The notes under the pieces: generated by a model | What the model saw: only the letters and a program-made list of their open reading frames with translations | Database searches by the model: none | What the model was told of the DNA's origin: nothing | Made by a program: the position numbers and the translations under genes | Shown here: positions 1-19,484 of the stretch, piece by piece | Position numbering within the stretch: the first letter of the stretch is position 1 | Layout: each line of letters starts with the position of its first letter | Assembly (NCBI GenBank): GCA_000934665.2 | Contig: JYFJ02002078.1 | Span: 1-63,482, forward strand | Direction of reading: 5' to 3' | DNA: 63,482 nt | Origin: Catajapyx aquilonaris | Lineage: Eukaryota

Positions 1-84
1 AACGGGCTACAATATAAGCAGCTTAGGCCGAATTTGTCAATAACTAAAACGACAAAAAAGTTTGATCACCCTGTATTAAAATAC

Positions 85-3000
85 CTTCTTTTCTAGCATC
101 TCCTTGGCCTTCTCTGTGTCTTGGGGAGTGGCCAAGAACACTAGGATGTCCCCATCTGGTTCATGGTTATGCAGAAAAGCAGCCTTTTCCACTGCCCTGC
201 GGAGGTAATCCCCACCGTTTTTCCCCACAGCCTGAAGAGATCCTTCCCATACCACCTCAACAGGGAAGATTCTCCCAGGAACAGTAGTCAAAGGGCATCC
301 ATCAAAAAAGTCCTGAAACCTCCGTGTATCTAGAGTTGCAGAAGTGACCACTACTTTCAGATCATCCCTCTTGGTCAACATATCTTTCAGAACTCCTAAT
401 AAAAGGTCAGTGTGCAGGCTCCTCTCATGAGCCTCATCAACAACCACACAGGAAAAGGCAGTCAACAATGGATCATTTGAGACTTCCCTTAGGAGTTGCA
501 AATCTGTCAGGTACAGGATGGAGTGTTTCAAGTATCCCCTAGGCCCCAGCCGATGACCCACCACTTCTGAAATCATCAGTTCTTTGGTCACATGTTCAGA
601 GAGACTGCTGGCCGCAATCTTTCGTGGCTGAGTGCACACAATCTTTTTTCCTCCTGATGCATACCCACACCTGCAACAAATCATCTAAAAATTAATATAC
701 ACACTTACATATAATAAATTATACAAAAGATCTAATTCAATATGCTAACCTGTAGAGATACTGGACAATCTGAGTACTTTTCCCAGATCCAGTCTCAGCT
801 TTAACAAGACACACTTGATTGTCTCTCACCAACTGCATGATTTTGGTACGGTGGGCCAGAATTGGAAGGGCAGATTCTAGGGCTTTCTTCTCCCATCCAA
901 ACTCGAGGTATATATTTCTCAAATATTCATTCCCTTTCCCTTCCCTTCCAGGAACTTCTACGAAAATCCTCTCTCTTAATTTCTCAGCTCGTGATACAAA
1001 TTCTAGTTGTTGAGACATGAACTCTTTGCGCTTTTCTTTGAGCGCATGGAGCTCTTCTGTCAGTGCTCTCCGTTTACATTCCCAGGATGATATCCCTGCT
1101 GCCGTATTTGGTAAACTAGCTCTCCCTTGTAGAAATGATCTTTCAATGTCATCAATTTTCCCTTGCACATCTTCCACTTTCTTATGATGTTTTGTTTCTG
1201 CTTCCTTAGTCCATGCAGTTAATTTCCGGTAACACTCATCATGTTCTACTTGAAAGGAGACCTCATTGCGCATGTTCACTTCTTGGGCTGTTATCTTAAT
1301 ATCTGCAACTCTCTTTTCCCGAAGCAGCTTCAATGCTTCCTTCTGAATATGTCTCGAATCAAGGTGAATTTCAACCGACGAATCTCCATTAGAAAAGTCA
1401 TGTGTTATTCTCGAAATATCACATTTAACATCTTGCAGCATGGCATGCATTATATATGTGACATTGGTGTCATCTGCCAAAGAATAGTTTTGAAAATGCA
1501 ATTGCACAGATATGGCGTAAATCACCCTGGGAGATGCTCCTCCTTGTATGGTCTCGACAGTTGTAGCTCTAGTTTCTTGAGTTCCATGTGGAGCATCAAC
1601 AGGAATTAATGATGCTGTTACAATCTGGCCAAAAAATCGAGCTCTGTCCATTTGTATTTTGAAGTTAATGGCATTGAATTCCTCACTAAATGTAACTACA
1701 GCTTCACAATCTTCAACCAAAGTTACTCGCCCATCATGAAAATGTGCTTCTTCCTCCAGTACCTCTTTGATGTCATTCTTGGTGCAGTTGTTGCTATCCA
1801 CTTGAAAGTTGATTTTCACCTGGAATGGTTCTCTCCTCACATCAAGTTTCATCTTGCTCACATCACCAATGGTTCCAGTACCACTTTTTCCTTGGCTCTC
1901 ACCACAACCATCCCTGGGTTGCTGGGCATTATATTTTCTCATAGCCTTCCTCCTCCTCTTCATTTGTTTCTCCTGTCTCTTAGCCTTGCTGGATTTCTGA
2001 GCAAATGAACCTATCGTTGTCATTTTCTTGTTATCATCATCATCATCATCATCACTGTAACACTTTCCTGCAGAAGGGGAAGTGAGTGCTGATGAATACT
2101 TTTCCTTTCCCTCACTCACACTGTATAGATCATAAGGCACATTGTCAAGAAAGCTGGATGGGAATGGCTTTGCTAATGTTTTGCAAGAGGGGCCATTACC
2201 ACAGCTTCCTGTTTTATTGACTTGTTGCCTGCCCAACACGATCTGCAACTTTTCTTGTGGTGTTGAGACATTTCTAATGCCATTTCTAGGGGTAAAAATG
2301 ATTTCTTGTGGTGTTGAGACATTTCTGATGCCATTTCTAGGGGTAAAAATGATTTCTTTATCAGGTTTTCTATCAATATGACTCTCTTGCACTGATGAAT
2401 CCCTCTGAATGAAGATTGGATAATTGTCCGATTTGTCCCCCTGGTCACCTGCAGCAGCGAGGTTCAGAGTGTCAGACATAATCTTTTTCGCCATCCCCAA
2501 GGGCAAACTTTGCTCTTCCCAAGCTTTCAATTCTAACTGCTTAGCTGCTGGTTTACCTTTCACTGCAACTGCCTCATATATCTTTCTACACTCCATACTT
2601 CCATTTGAAGTGTTGGATTTCATTGTAATTTCCTTGCCATAAGACAATAATGGCCTATGTAATGCCTGGATGGGTCTTTCATAATATGAAGTAGCTGCAT
2701 TCCCTGAATCACCGTCAGTTCCTGCAGCTATAGACACCCTTTGGGCTAAGTTATTTTGAGGCTTTGGTCTACAACCACCCACAATTGTGTCATGCCTTAC
2801 CATTTCTTCAGGAGGATTCAGTGAAAGAGTCTTCTGGGCTGTGGCCCTTGCAACAGACTTGGCATCCTCAGGGTTTCTTGAAGTGTATAGAGGTGGGGTT
2901 TCCTTACCTGACATCTGTGACTTGTGACTTAAATGTGTTTCTGAAGTAAAGTTGCTTGCAGGTGCCAATGGTGAAGGCTTGTGTTCAACCAATGTTTTTC

Positions 3001-4903
3001 CATTAACTCTTGGAGTAGATGCTCGATCTTGGCTCGTCAGTTGAACAGATGACAAACTGGAGGAATTGCTGCTGCTCTGCAATCCAATTCTGTCCACCTT
3101 ATGCAGGACTGGGGCTCCTAAAATTAATGGACAGTTTAGAGATGACAGTGCTCCATGTCAGCTTGTGCTGTAGTTGCAAGAATGAAGCTGGGGAATCACA
3201 GTTCAATACAGGTTGAGAATCCTTTTTCCAAAATGCTTGGGACCGGAAGTGTTTTGGAGTTCGGATTTCTTGGATTTTGAAATATTCATTATCATTATGG
3301 GTAGTGAAGACAACACGTGAGGTATTATACCATTAACTCTTGGTGTAGATGCTCGATCTTGGCTCGTCAGTTGAACAGATGACAAACTGGAGGAATTGCT
3401 GCTGCTCTGCAATCCAATTCTGTCCACCTTATGCAGGACTGGGGCTCCTAAAATTAATGGACAGTTTAGAGATGACAGTGCTCCATGTCAGCGTGTGCTG
3501 TAGTTGCAAGAATGAAGCTGGGGAATCACAGTTCAATACAGGTTGAGAATCCTTTTTCCAAAATGCTTGGGACCGGAAGGGTTTTGGAGTTCGGATTTTT
3601 TGGATTTTGGAATATTCATTTTCATTATGAGTAGTGAGGACAGCATATGAGGTAATATGGATCATTATTTAAACACATACATACAATATCCAGAGGAGCT
3701 TGTTTGGCTGCCACACTCTGGTGCCTGGTCCATGGGCATGGGGGAAGGGGGAGGTTCCCAAGGAAGAACGCTGTTATAGTTTCTAGTCATTTCGGACAAT
3801 CCTTAAAGACAGACCTTTGCTCTTGGCCCTGGGCAGAAAAGGAAGTGCAATTCTACCCGGAGACAGATGAAAAGCTGAAAAAGACCCGACCAAGCAAAGG
3901 TGACGGGGATGGGATTTGAACCCCAGACCTCTATATTTGTATACACTGTATTCCCGATTATCCCAGTGCGGATAATCGGTGCATGGCTAAAACAAAGGGA
4001 AGTCCGGAAAAATGTCAAATCTTTTCGCAAACAAAAAAATATACCAGACTTTTCCAAGACAAACTAAAAAACTAATCTATGGAAATTTTTCTCATTTTGA
4101 TGAAATCTTATTTAAAGCAGAATACTATATGTACAGTCATTCATTTAAAATCTGTGAATAGCTCATTTAACGGTATCAAGAGCTAATAACTTGACGGTAT
4201 ATAGGACCATTTTCAGATTATTATCGTTGTTTTCCTATATTATCAGCCGACATCCATGCAGTCATTAGCCCGGATAATCAGGAGTACAGTGTATTTGCAC
4301 CTATAAAATGGGATGGCTTTGGGATGGGATAAATGCCTGAACACTATATCCATAATTATACCTTTCTCACTAGAAGTTATCTATTAACCTTGGAGAGTTT
4401 TAAATAATTTTAAAATAATTTTGTATAATTATGTACACATACAGGCTTAGATACAGCTTATGATTCCAGGGTAGGTATACTCATAGAATTTTCCATTTGT
4501 GACTCGTCATGACAGCACCCAAAAGACCTTCAGAGGTTAGAATTTCAGATCAAAGATTCTCCACCTGTACTAATACATGATTCGACTTCTATTGTTCTGG
4601 TTACATTCTTCCCGATAAGCCTAACTTCATATTACCTGATGGCATGTGTTCCTGAGATTTCTTCTTCTGGCTTTCTGAAGCTTCCGAACCTTGGTCAGGT
4701 GAAATGAAATAGGGATTATAACTTGGTTGCCTTCTGTAATAGTTGGAACCAGAATAAGCTGCTTCAACATGTCTGCTGTCCGAGTCAGATTTGTCTTCCA
4801 CGCGATGTTGGGTGGAAAATGTGGGCCAGGAAGGTGGAAAATTCTCTGATGAGGATGAGCGAAGTTCCTTTTGCTGTTTTGGCTTGGTATTTTTTCCACC
4901 CAT
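85..4903 (-). CDS. Large DEAH-box RNA helicase (DEAH11/DEAH12-like architecture), 5' part only; the gene continues past the left edge
   Basis: Phase-consistent exons 4903-4636, 3447-3331, 3117-750, 670-85 (1113 codons so far). Motif I AETGSGKST, Ia CTQPRKIAA, II VVVDEAHER, III TSAT, IV DILVFL. Long N-terminus with low-complexity, RRM-like and coiled-coil segments. An in-frame stop upstream of ATG 4903 supports the start. Confidence 0.85.
2251..2357. repeat. 51-bp coding tandem repeat, about 2 copies (EIIFTPRNGIRNVSTPQ)
   Basis: Direct repeat tttcttgtggtgttgagacatttct(a/g)atgccatttctaggggtaaaaatga; visible in the translation. Confidence 0.95.
3000..3655. repeat. 330-bp tandem duplication spanning an intron/exon boundary of the helicase gene
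   Basis: 3001.. and 3331.. both start cattaactcttgg(a/t)gtagatgctcgatcttgg and stay nearly identical for about 290 bp; the ORF track shows duplicate peptides MDRIGLQSSSN. Confidence 0.97.
3209..3290 (+). mobile_element. pogo/Tigger-type transposon end fragment (second copy 3539-3620)
   Basis: TA + CAGGTTGAGAATCCTTTTTCCAAAATGCTTGGGACCGGAAGTGTTTTGG; resembles the Tigger4/Zombi terminus as I recall it (not database-checked). Confidence 0.6.
3740..3932 (-). mobile_element. Degenerate tRNA-SINE, family B
   Basis: Homologous to 58393-58678 and 62530-62780 (gaaaagctgaaaaagacc...ggtgacgggga(t/c)gggatttgaaccc); B box on the minus strand. Confidence 0.8.
3944..4291. mobile_element. Tc1/mariner-pogo-type MITE
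   Basis: TA-CACTGTATTCCCGATTATCC ... GGATAATCAGGAGTACAGTG-TA: imperfect TIRs with a TA target duplication. Confidence 0.75.
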
Positions 4904-5094
4904 TTTTTAAATTCCTGTCCTGATGCAGGAGTATTAGGGCCTATAAAAATACAATTAGTAAAAACATAAGTTTATCTTGTATTCGTGGTAATAATTATAT
5001 AGTTTAACACGCCATTGTGTGATACATGTGGTGTGCGCATGTGGCTAAATCGTTCAATGAATGTTTGCACATCTCGAATGCAATACATATGACA

Positions 5095-5647
5095 TCCAGC
5101 GACAAGTCTAGAAGCCCCGGAGTCCACTTGGAGTCCGCATGTCTGCACTGCCACCACAGTAATTCGAGAGCAGTCTGTATGAGAGGCGGCTGGCATGACA
5201 CAACATTAAGTTCTGCCTCAAATGGTGGGAAATGGCGACAGAGATGCACACAATGTTGATCAAAGTGTATGGGAAGGAATCTGTGACCTGAAAATGTGTG
5301 TATGACTGGTTTAATGGTGTGGTGGCCAAGATGGTAACGTCTCGGCTTGCTGAGTGAAAGGTTCCAGGTTCAATCACCGCCTGGGAGTTCCCTTTCGACT
5401 GCGTCGGCAAGGGTCTCTCACCCTCACCTTGGAGGCGTCTGGCAACCTAACCTCCTGGGGGACTCCACATGACCCACACATAATGACAACACACTTGCAC
5501 CCATGTCCCCTCCCCAAAAATCCCTATCCTTACCCAATGTCCTTGATTCGCTGCACTGGTGTTCGAAGAGAAAAATGGAAAATAATACAGAAAATATGGT
5601 GGTGCCCTACCCCGCTAGGAGAGCCAAGGGCTCTAGCACAGGGTAGC

Positions 5648-5735
<88 letters not shown>

Positions 5736-5902
5736 TAAAATGACTGGTTTAATCCAATTTGAGGCAGAACTTAATGTTGTGTAATTGCTCCATTGCTGTT
5801 TGATGCCACCTCACACAGAGTGCTCTTGAATGACTGCATTGGCAGTGCACTTGCAGCCATGAGTACTCTACATTATTTTGGAGGCACTTCTAGACATGTC
5901 CC
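5095..5902. repeat. Old degenerate foldback element interrupted by a SINE
   Basis: acacaacattaagttctgcctcaaat (~5198) versus atttgaggcagaacttaatgttgtgt (~5757); gacaagtctagaag (~5101) versus cttctagacatgtc (~5887). Confidence 0.7.
5316..5739 (+). mobile_element. tRNA-derived SINE, family A, full length
   Basis: A box GGTGGCCAAGATGG, B box GGTTCAATCACC, 3' hairpin and (AAT)n tail; 14-bp TSD ATGACTGGTTTAAT at 5302-5315 and 5740-5753. Confidence 0.93.
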
Positions 5903-7014
5903 ACATCCCCTTACTTGAACACCGGCCTAATCTCAGCCATAATTTTTCCCTCTTTCCAAAATATTAGAGAGTCACATGCATGGAAAGCACTCCACAAAAA
6001 TGTCGCAGCAGCATCTGGTAGCAGTTAAATATCTCCAGTTAACATAAAACAACTAACGATCTAAGCAAAAATAAAACATTTTTTAATGAAAGTAATTAGC
6101 ACTGCACAAGGGCCAAGTTAAATCATAAATACTGTATTAAAAAATGACACAAAAAATGTAACATTCAATGACTTGGAGCACTACATGCTCAGTGACATCA
6201 TCTTTGGAATTGCAAACAAATACTCATGTACTGAGGCTCAACATGACCTCATTGAGGAGACACTTGATATGAAATACCTACAATCTTGGTTATCTGTAAT
6301 CCTGCAACTTCTTTAAGCTGATATAAGAAAGAGTAAAGAGTAATCGTGTTTAAAAAAAAACTGCAGATATTTACCAAACTGATAATGTAAAATTATGAAC
6401 ACTAGAAATGCTCAACTGTCAGTAAATCTGCATTTCAAAATTGTGAAGAAATACATAATTATCACATTTCTGAAATGGGATGGTCAGTGATGAAGATATA
6501 TATTTAGCCCTTTGAAGCCTATGGACATCATATGATGTCCTGCTGATTTTTGAACGGGGCCTTTAGGAGTTCCGACAGAACTGGTGCAGTTTGAGGCTCA
6601 AACTGCTCCTACCATCTCGTGGAAGGGGACTCAATTACTATGGCGTAATCAGTTTTTCCGCATCCCGCGGCATCAGAACAGGGTGGCCCATAAGTCTGGA
6701 TCAAAGAGTTCTGCTATAATATAATATAATATACCTAGAGGAAGTAGTACTCTCTATTCTTTCCTATTAGCCAGGCTGAGGCAGCCACCAATTTTACTCA
6801 GGTAATATTGTTGTTCTAACAGTTGTCTAGCAACTGGGACAACAACCAATAATGACAACACTGCACTGGGACAAAAATTTGTCCAATAATAGGCGTATTC
6901 GGCAATTCAGGAATCTGACTTCCTGGGCTGTTTGGATGTTCGGCAAATCAGGTGCCACGCCCCCTGAAGTAAGTGCGCATGCGCCCTACCTGACTTCCCA
7001 AGCTCAGGAACTTA

Positions 7015-7710
7015 CAAGGGAACGGTCAGGGTCGAGGACCTCCGATTTGGTTGAAACTGGCTTGAGGGGTCATCCATGTGCGATAGACACAGTGGTGAAA
7101 GTGTTAGCTCGCACTATCAAGCCGTTTCCAAGATATGAGCGACAGTAACATCCGAATTTTGGCCACGCCTTGCCACGCGCATTTGCCGGGAGCAGCTCTG
7201 CCAGCTCCAAATCCCTTCTACCTTGATTCCCCCCACTTTTTTCGATCCCACACCACCAACCCCCCCCCCCCCNCCCCCCCCCCACCAACATTTTCGTTTT
7301 CCATAGTTACTTTGCTCCGGTATTTATTATGAGTTTTCCCCATTACCCAATTTTAGGTATAGAAGCTCCTTATTCGCAGTTGACAGAAGCGAAAGAAAGC
7401 AGCTTGATGGTCTCATATAATAAATACCGGAGCAAAGAAATATGGAAAACGAAAATGTTGGTGGGGGAGTGGGGGATGGGGGTGTGGGATCAAAAAAAGT
7501 GGGGGGAATCAAGGTAGAAGGGATTTGGAGCTGGCAGAGCGGCTGCCGGCAAATGCGCGTGGCCAAAATTCGGATGTTACTGTCGCTCATATCTTGGAAA
7601 CGGCTGGATAGTGCGAGCTAACACTTTCACCACTGTGTCTATCACACATGAATGACCCCTCAAGCCAGTTTCAACCAAATCGGAGGTCCTCGACCCTGAC
7701 CGTTCCCTTG
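7015..7710. mobile_element. Foldback MITE with ~300-bp arms, PIF/Harbinger-type TTA TSD
   Basis: CAAGGGAACGGTCAGGGTCGAGG ... CCTCGACCCTGACCGTTCCCTTG, flanked by TTA (7012-7014, 7711-7713). Confidence 0.92.
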
Positions 7711-7713
7711 TTA

Positions 7714-7864
7714 AGGCCATTTCACAAAAAAAAATGTCGCGCGGCAAACGGCGCGACTTGCGGCAAATTTTTATTTATATTTATTGTTGCCAATTGTTGG
7801 CAACAATAAAATTTGCCGCAAGTCGCGCCGTTTGCCGCGCGACATTTTTTTTGTGAAATGGCCT
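7714..7864. mobile_element. 151-bp palindromic PIF/Harbinger (Tourist-like) MITE
   Basis: TIR AGGCCATTTCACAAAAA, TTA TSD; second copy at 58815-58966. Confidence 0.92.
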
Positions 7865-8220
7865 TTAGTGTACTCCTGACCTGACTTACTTGCTGAGAAA
7901 CAATTAACAAACAAATTATTGTTATGGATGCAGCAGTGTTGCCAATGCAAAATGCCCCAAAACCCCGCGAGAGGACCTGAAAATACCCGATTTTACCCAC
8001 ATTTTCATTTTACCCGCACCATTACCCGCCAGCGTCCGAAATACGGCACCGAAATACCCGAACATTGGCATATCACTGGGATGCAGCACAGGCGGGTAGG
8101 GGGGTCTCTCAGTTCGGCCGTTCGGCAATAATCTTCTGAGGGGCAGGGCTAACAACTCAGATATCACGTGACGCATCTCAGAATAATCTGAATTGCCGAA
8201 TACGCCTAGTGTCATCTTTA

Positions 8221-8400
8221 AGGCCCATTCACACAGGCCGTCAACGGTTTTGGATTTTGGTCTCGTCGACCCCGCGGACCAATCAGAGCGGGCCCTCACG
8301 GTAACCATACGTGTTGTTTACGTGAGGGACCGCTCTGATTGGTCCGCGGGGTCGACGAGACCAAAATCCAAAACCGTCGACAGCCTGTGTGAATGGGCCT
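8221..8400. mobile_element. 180-bp palindromic PIF/Harbinger-like MITE
   Basis: AGGCCCATTCACACAGGC ... GCCTGTGTGAATGGGCCT, near-perfect hairpin, TTA/TCA flanks. Confidence 0.9.
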
Positions 8401-8517
8401 TCACTCAGGTAACATAGCTGCCTGCCTCACATTTCACCCCGAGTGCTCTCTCTACATTATGTGGGATACACTTTGGTCTGGACTGTTTTAGTGTTATGTA
8501 ACCAAAAGAACAATTTT

Positions 8518-8877
8518 GGGGAGGCGAAGTGGCGCTGCGGTAACGTATGCGTCCACAGATGTTGAGGTCCCAGGATCTAATCCTGCCCGGGGTTACCCTC
8601 TTCATCTCATGCAGAGTTAAGTGGTCATCTCTGGATTCGTCTCGGGTGGAATCTCCAACAGACTAATCCAGTAATCCACCCGGGAGAGTTCACAAAATGT
8701 ACCAATTTCAGACATTGGACTTGCACTTTGCACATCCCCTCCCAGTCACCATGCCCATGGGCCTGGGTGCTTCACTCAAGGCTCCAAATGTACATCCGAG
8801 TATTTCATGATCAATAAAGGTCCATGCGAAACACTCGAAGGGTCGCACTACCCATGATTATTGTTAGTAGTAGCAAG

Positions 8878-8921
<44 letters not shown>

Positions 8922-8933
8922 TGTAGTAGTAGC
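8518..8933 (+). mobile_element. tRNA-derived SINE, family C (diverged copy) with (TAG)n tail
   Basis: Head and body align with 57411-57739 (gtggcgc.gcggtaacg...ggtccc.gg...ccacccggg.gagttcacaaaa...gcactttgcacatcccctcc). Confidence 0.85.
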
Positions 8934-9848
8934 AATTTCATAGTAACTTTTAAAATTTTAATTTAATTGCATTTAAAGTTAATTGCACATTTTAAAAATC
9001 TGGAACACCCTGTGTATGAATTATTCGGCATTTGACATTCAAAAGAACCACCACGAGTTAAAATGATAAATATTGGAGCATATTATTTGTCATTAATATC
9101 ACTCCTACTACAAATTTTGGTCAAGAATAGAAAAAAAAAATGGCCCAATAAACCCTGCCATCAAAGGGTTAAAAAATTGTGTAATCTGTAGGCTACTGGA
9201 TCATTATCCCTATATGTGGCTACATTTTTCAGGCGTTCATATTGCTCAATCACCTTCCGTTTTTCGTCAAACAATAAATTAGCCACCTGGCATTGCAACC
9301 TTCTGGCAATCCCTAAGGCACCTTGGACCAATAACTGTGCCTCTTCAATCTTAATACATGTCATCTTACGCACCTACTGACCTTCACTGGGATGTCTTTG
9401 GCAACATATCTTGGTTTTCCCTTTCCGTCCAGCACTCTTGGGCCAGAGTGGCCCCCAGTGAAGATCGAAGTACTTCCTGGTTATGATCACTCAACCTGGA
9501 ATGAGTGGACGTTACTGCAGCTCCACGGAGCCAATTGAGAGGAAACCCCCTCGGGCCAAGCTGTTTGTCTGCAGGAGGCTCGTGACGATACGTACTGTAC
9601 GGCAGGGCAGGGCTTTTCGCGAAGTAGGGTGGGAGGGAGAGGAGGGGGTCTGCGGGGGCTCATTGCCGTGCACCGGTGGAATTCCCCGCGAGTAGAGCAC
9701 AACCAATGTCAGAGGTCCTCCTCCTCCCCCTTCCCTTATCACCAAGAGATAGTCAGAATAAGGCAATCTATTTCGTATTAATAGAATCCTTTAAAATGTG
9801 GCCGGGTTGCAATTATTACACGAACGCAAATTCTCCCGGTCCTTGAGG

Positions 9849-9867
9849 TGCTGCCATCTGGCGGACA
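9849..9867 (-). promoter_or_regulatory. CTCF-like motif upstream of a CpG-rich putative promoter/first exon (about 9400-9760)
   Basis: Minus strand reads GTCCGCCAGATGGCAGCAC, matching the CTCF core consensus; lies between the MCM5 3' end and the helicase 5' region. Confidence 0.45.
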
Positions 9868-10910
9868 GGTCGGAAACTATTGTAATATCAGCTGAAGGCG
9901 CGGTCACCAATCTTACAATAATAAATTGGAGCTTCTTTTTCAGGTTAATCACTAGTTAGGTAAACTTTAGCCATATGTCCGATGGGGGAGGGGGGGGGGG
10001 GGTTGACGTTTTTGCACGTTTGTAAAGTCCACCTTCCTGCCAACGTAAAATTCATCAGATACTCCTGGCTTGATGTCCATACCGGTCCATACCATTGCCA
10101 AGATGCATGGGGACATAACATGAGGTTCAGTGACACAGTATTTAAATTAACATATCAGCTTCATTTGCTACATAGCACCTTCAGGTGCAAATACAATACC
10201 TATGCTTGATTTTATTTTTTCCGGACAAAGAACTCGAATAATTCTCCTTGATCGCGCACATTCCTTGTGGTAAATTATGAAAATGTAGGCTGTCCAATGA
10301 AACATCTCAAATATAAAGGACATCAAGTAAATAATGCGGAAGTGATTCTCAGATTAGGTGGTCTCTGCACTCGCGCACAGTGGAGTCCACCCGACCAATC
10401 AAGGAGCGAGACTCCTCTCACTACTGCCAATGGCTGGGTAAACAAGTGCAAGTGAGTGAGTGCCTGCCTGTGATTGAGAGATTTTTTTCCCTAGGCCATC
10501 AAAAATACTTGTCAGTTGACAAATTTCGTAGCAATTTTCATTGGCTTCCACCTTAGCCGACTCAGGTGGAAAAATTCTGGTGAGCTAGAGCCAGATAAAG
10601 CCATGTGAATTCTTGCAGTAAGTCATTCACTTTTTACTGCTCCAGTGACCTAAAACATCAAGCCAAATAAAAAAATATCATGCAACGAATTAGACACTCA
10701 TGTATACTGAAATTGCCCGCATTTCCCAAGGCTACGGTGGAAAAAGAATATGACAGAAGTGATACAATTTTTTTTTTAAATTTCAACATTTGCTAGCATG
10801 ACTGTAGGCTATTATCTAAATGGCACCAATGGGCATAGGGTTAAGGTGGTTCTGCTTCAGGAGGTTCTGTTAGATAAGCTTTGTTTCAAAATATAGTAGT
10901 AGTGGCTTAA

Positions 10911-11298
10911 GGGTGGAATAAAGATCCCGGAGCTTATGGAGGTTGACATGTTAAATGTCAGGCCTAATAACTCCGTAATTACTGAACAGAATTACATGAA
11001 ATTTTTGACACAACACGACACAACAACTCTTGTCACGGCTATGTTGAGCGATTTTGCTCATTTGGTCCTTATTCTTCACAGGACATTATTTCCTTACATG
11101 CCTTCAAATTCCTCTCAGTTTCGTGGTTTTCATAATTAACTGAATCCCTAAAACAGGTCTCGCTCAACATAGCCGTGACAAGAGTTGTTGTCGTGTTGTG
11201 TAAAACATTTCATGTCATTCTGTTCAGTAATTACGGAGTTATTAGCCCCGACATTTAACATGTCAACCTCCATAAGCTCCAGGATCTTTATCCCACCC
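10911..11298. mobile_element. Kolobok-type MITE
   Basis: TTAA TSD (10907-10910, 11299-11302), purine-purine termini GGGTGG...CCACCC, ~140-bp inverted arms. Confidence 0.88.
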
Positions 11299-12258
11299 TT
11301 AAGTACAGTAAAACCTCGATATAACTCTCTTCAAGGGACCACCCAAAAGGAGAATTGTATGCGGGAAATACGATTTAATTCACCCTTTACTCAGGGAATG
11401 AATGCCTTCACTGTTACTATGTAGATTGAAGCCTGTAAACCACGTTAACCTGAACTGATCTGCCCACGTACCACATACAGTCTCTCCTGAAAGTTTAGGA
11501 CCATCCTCATCCAGAGGTTTTTCATTTCCCAAGCTTAAGCTTACTGTATAAATTAAAAGTGTAAAGGTCCGGTTGAAAGAGTCTTCAAAATAGCTTTACA
11601 ACAAAAAAGGAATTGTCATCCTAGGTTCCACGGAAGCGGAGAGTTTAATTGCTTTGCCTTTTTAAAATGTTGCGGAAAAAACCTACATTTTTCAACTATA
11701 AATAGTAATAAATGAGCAACCATCACAAATTGACATGTGGTTTTTTTTCTTATGAGTAGAATTAAACAATCCACAAACTGTTTTAAAAATCTGTAGCCAA
11801 ATTAGAATTTTTTTCAACATGCAATGATGCAAAGAAAATAATCTCTTTCAGTTAATGACTCATGTTTGGCGAGCACAGTCACTTGTGGCAACTAAACAGC
11901 AGGAGCACAGAGAAAGCTGCTGATGTCACAACTTGGCTACGCCTAGACCAGAGAATGATCTGTAATACCTATATAGTGTAGATACAGAATTCCCTAGGAT
12001 TCTAGGCTAGATTTGGGAGAGGAAGGGAGGCAGGAATGTGGGTGCTGGTTAGGCATACCAATGTACCATAACTACATATTTCATGTCAGATGTGCCTGAA
12101 TCTGTGAGAACAAGTTAATATTATCATAATTAAAACAAGACATTTCAAATTTGCATTTATTGCTGTGATTAACAAAGTATTACCCTTTACATTTCCGAAT
12201 ATCAAAAAAGTGCAAAAAAAAAAAGAGAGACAAAAATTAGTAAACGGAACAAACTGAA

Positions 12259-19484
<7,226 letters not shown>

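Larger units (their letters stand above)
6890..8208. mobile_element. Outer TIR element hosting two nested MITEs
   Basis: TAGGCGTATTCGGCAATTCAG at 6890 and CTGAATTGCCGAATACGCCTA ending at 8208 form a perfect 21-bp inverted repeat; TSD not resolved. Confidence 0.7.

Noticed and set aside
5316..5395. tRNA-like sequences here and at 18150-18223, 54610-54680, 57411-57490, 58600-58678
   Set aside because: They have A/B boxes but no intact cloverleaf, and they continue into repeated bodies with tails, mostly with TSDs: SINE heads, not tRNA genes.
5354..5743. Poly-Asn, poly-Ile/Leu and poly-Tyr ORFs (also 54557-55056, 60119-60325)
   Set aside because: Translations of AAT/ATT microsatellite tails.
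7258..7284. Poly-C tracts containing N (also 40173-40210) as G-quadruplex elements
   Set aside because: Homopolymer runs with assembly ambiguity; length unreliable.
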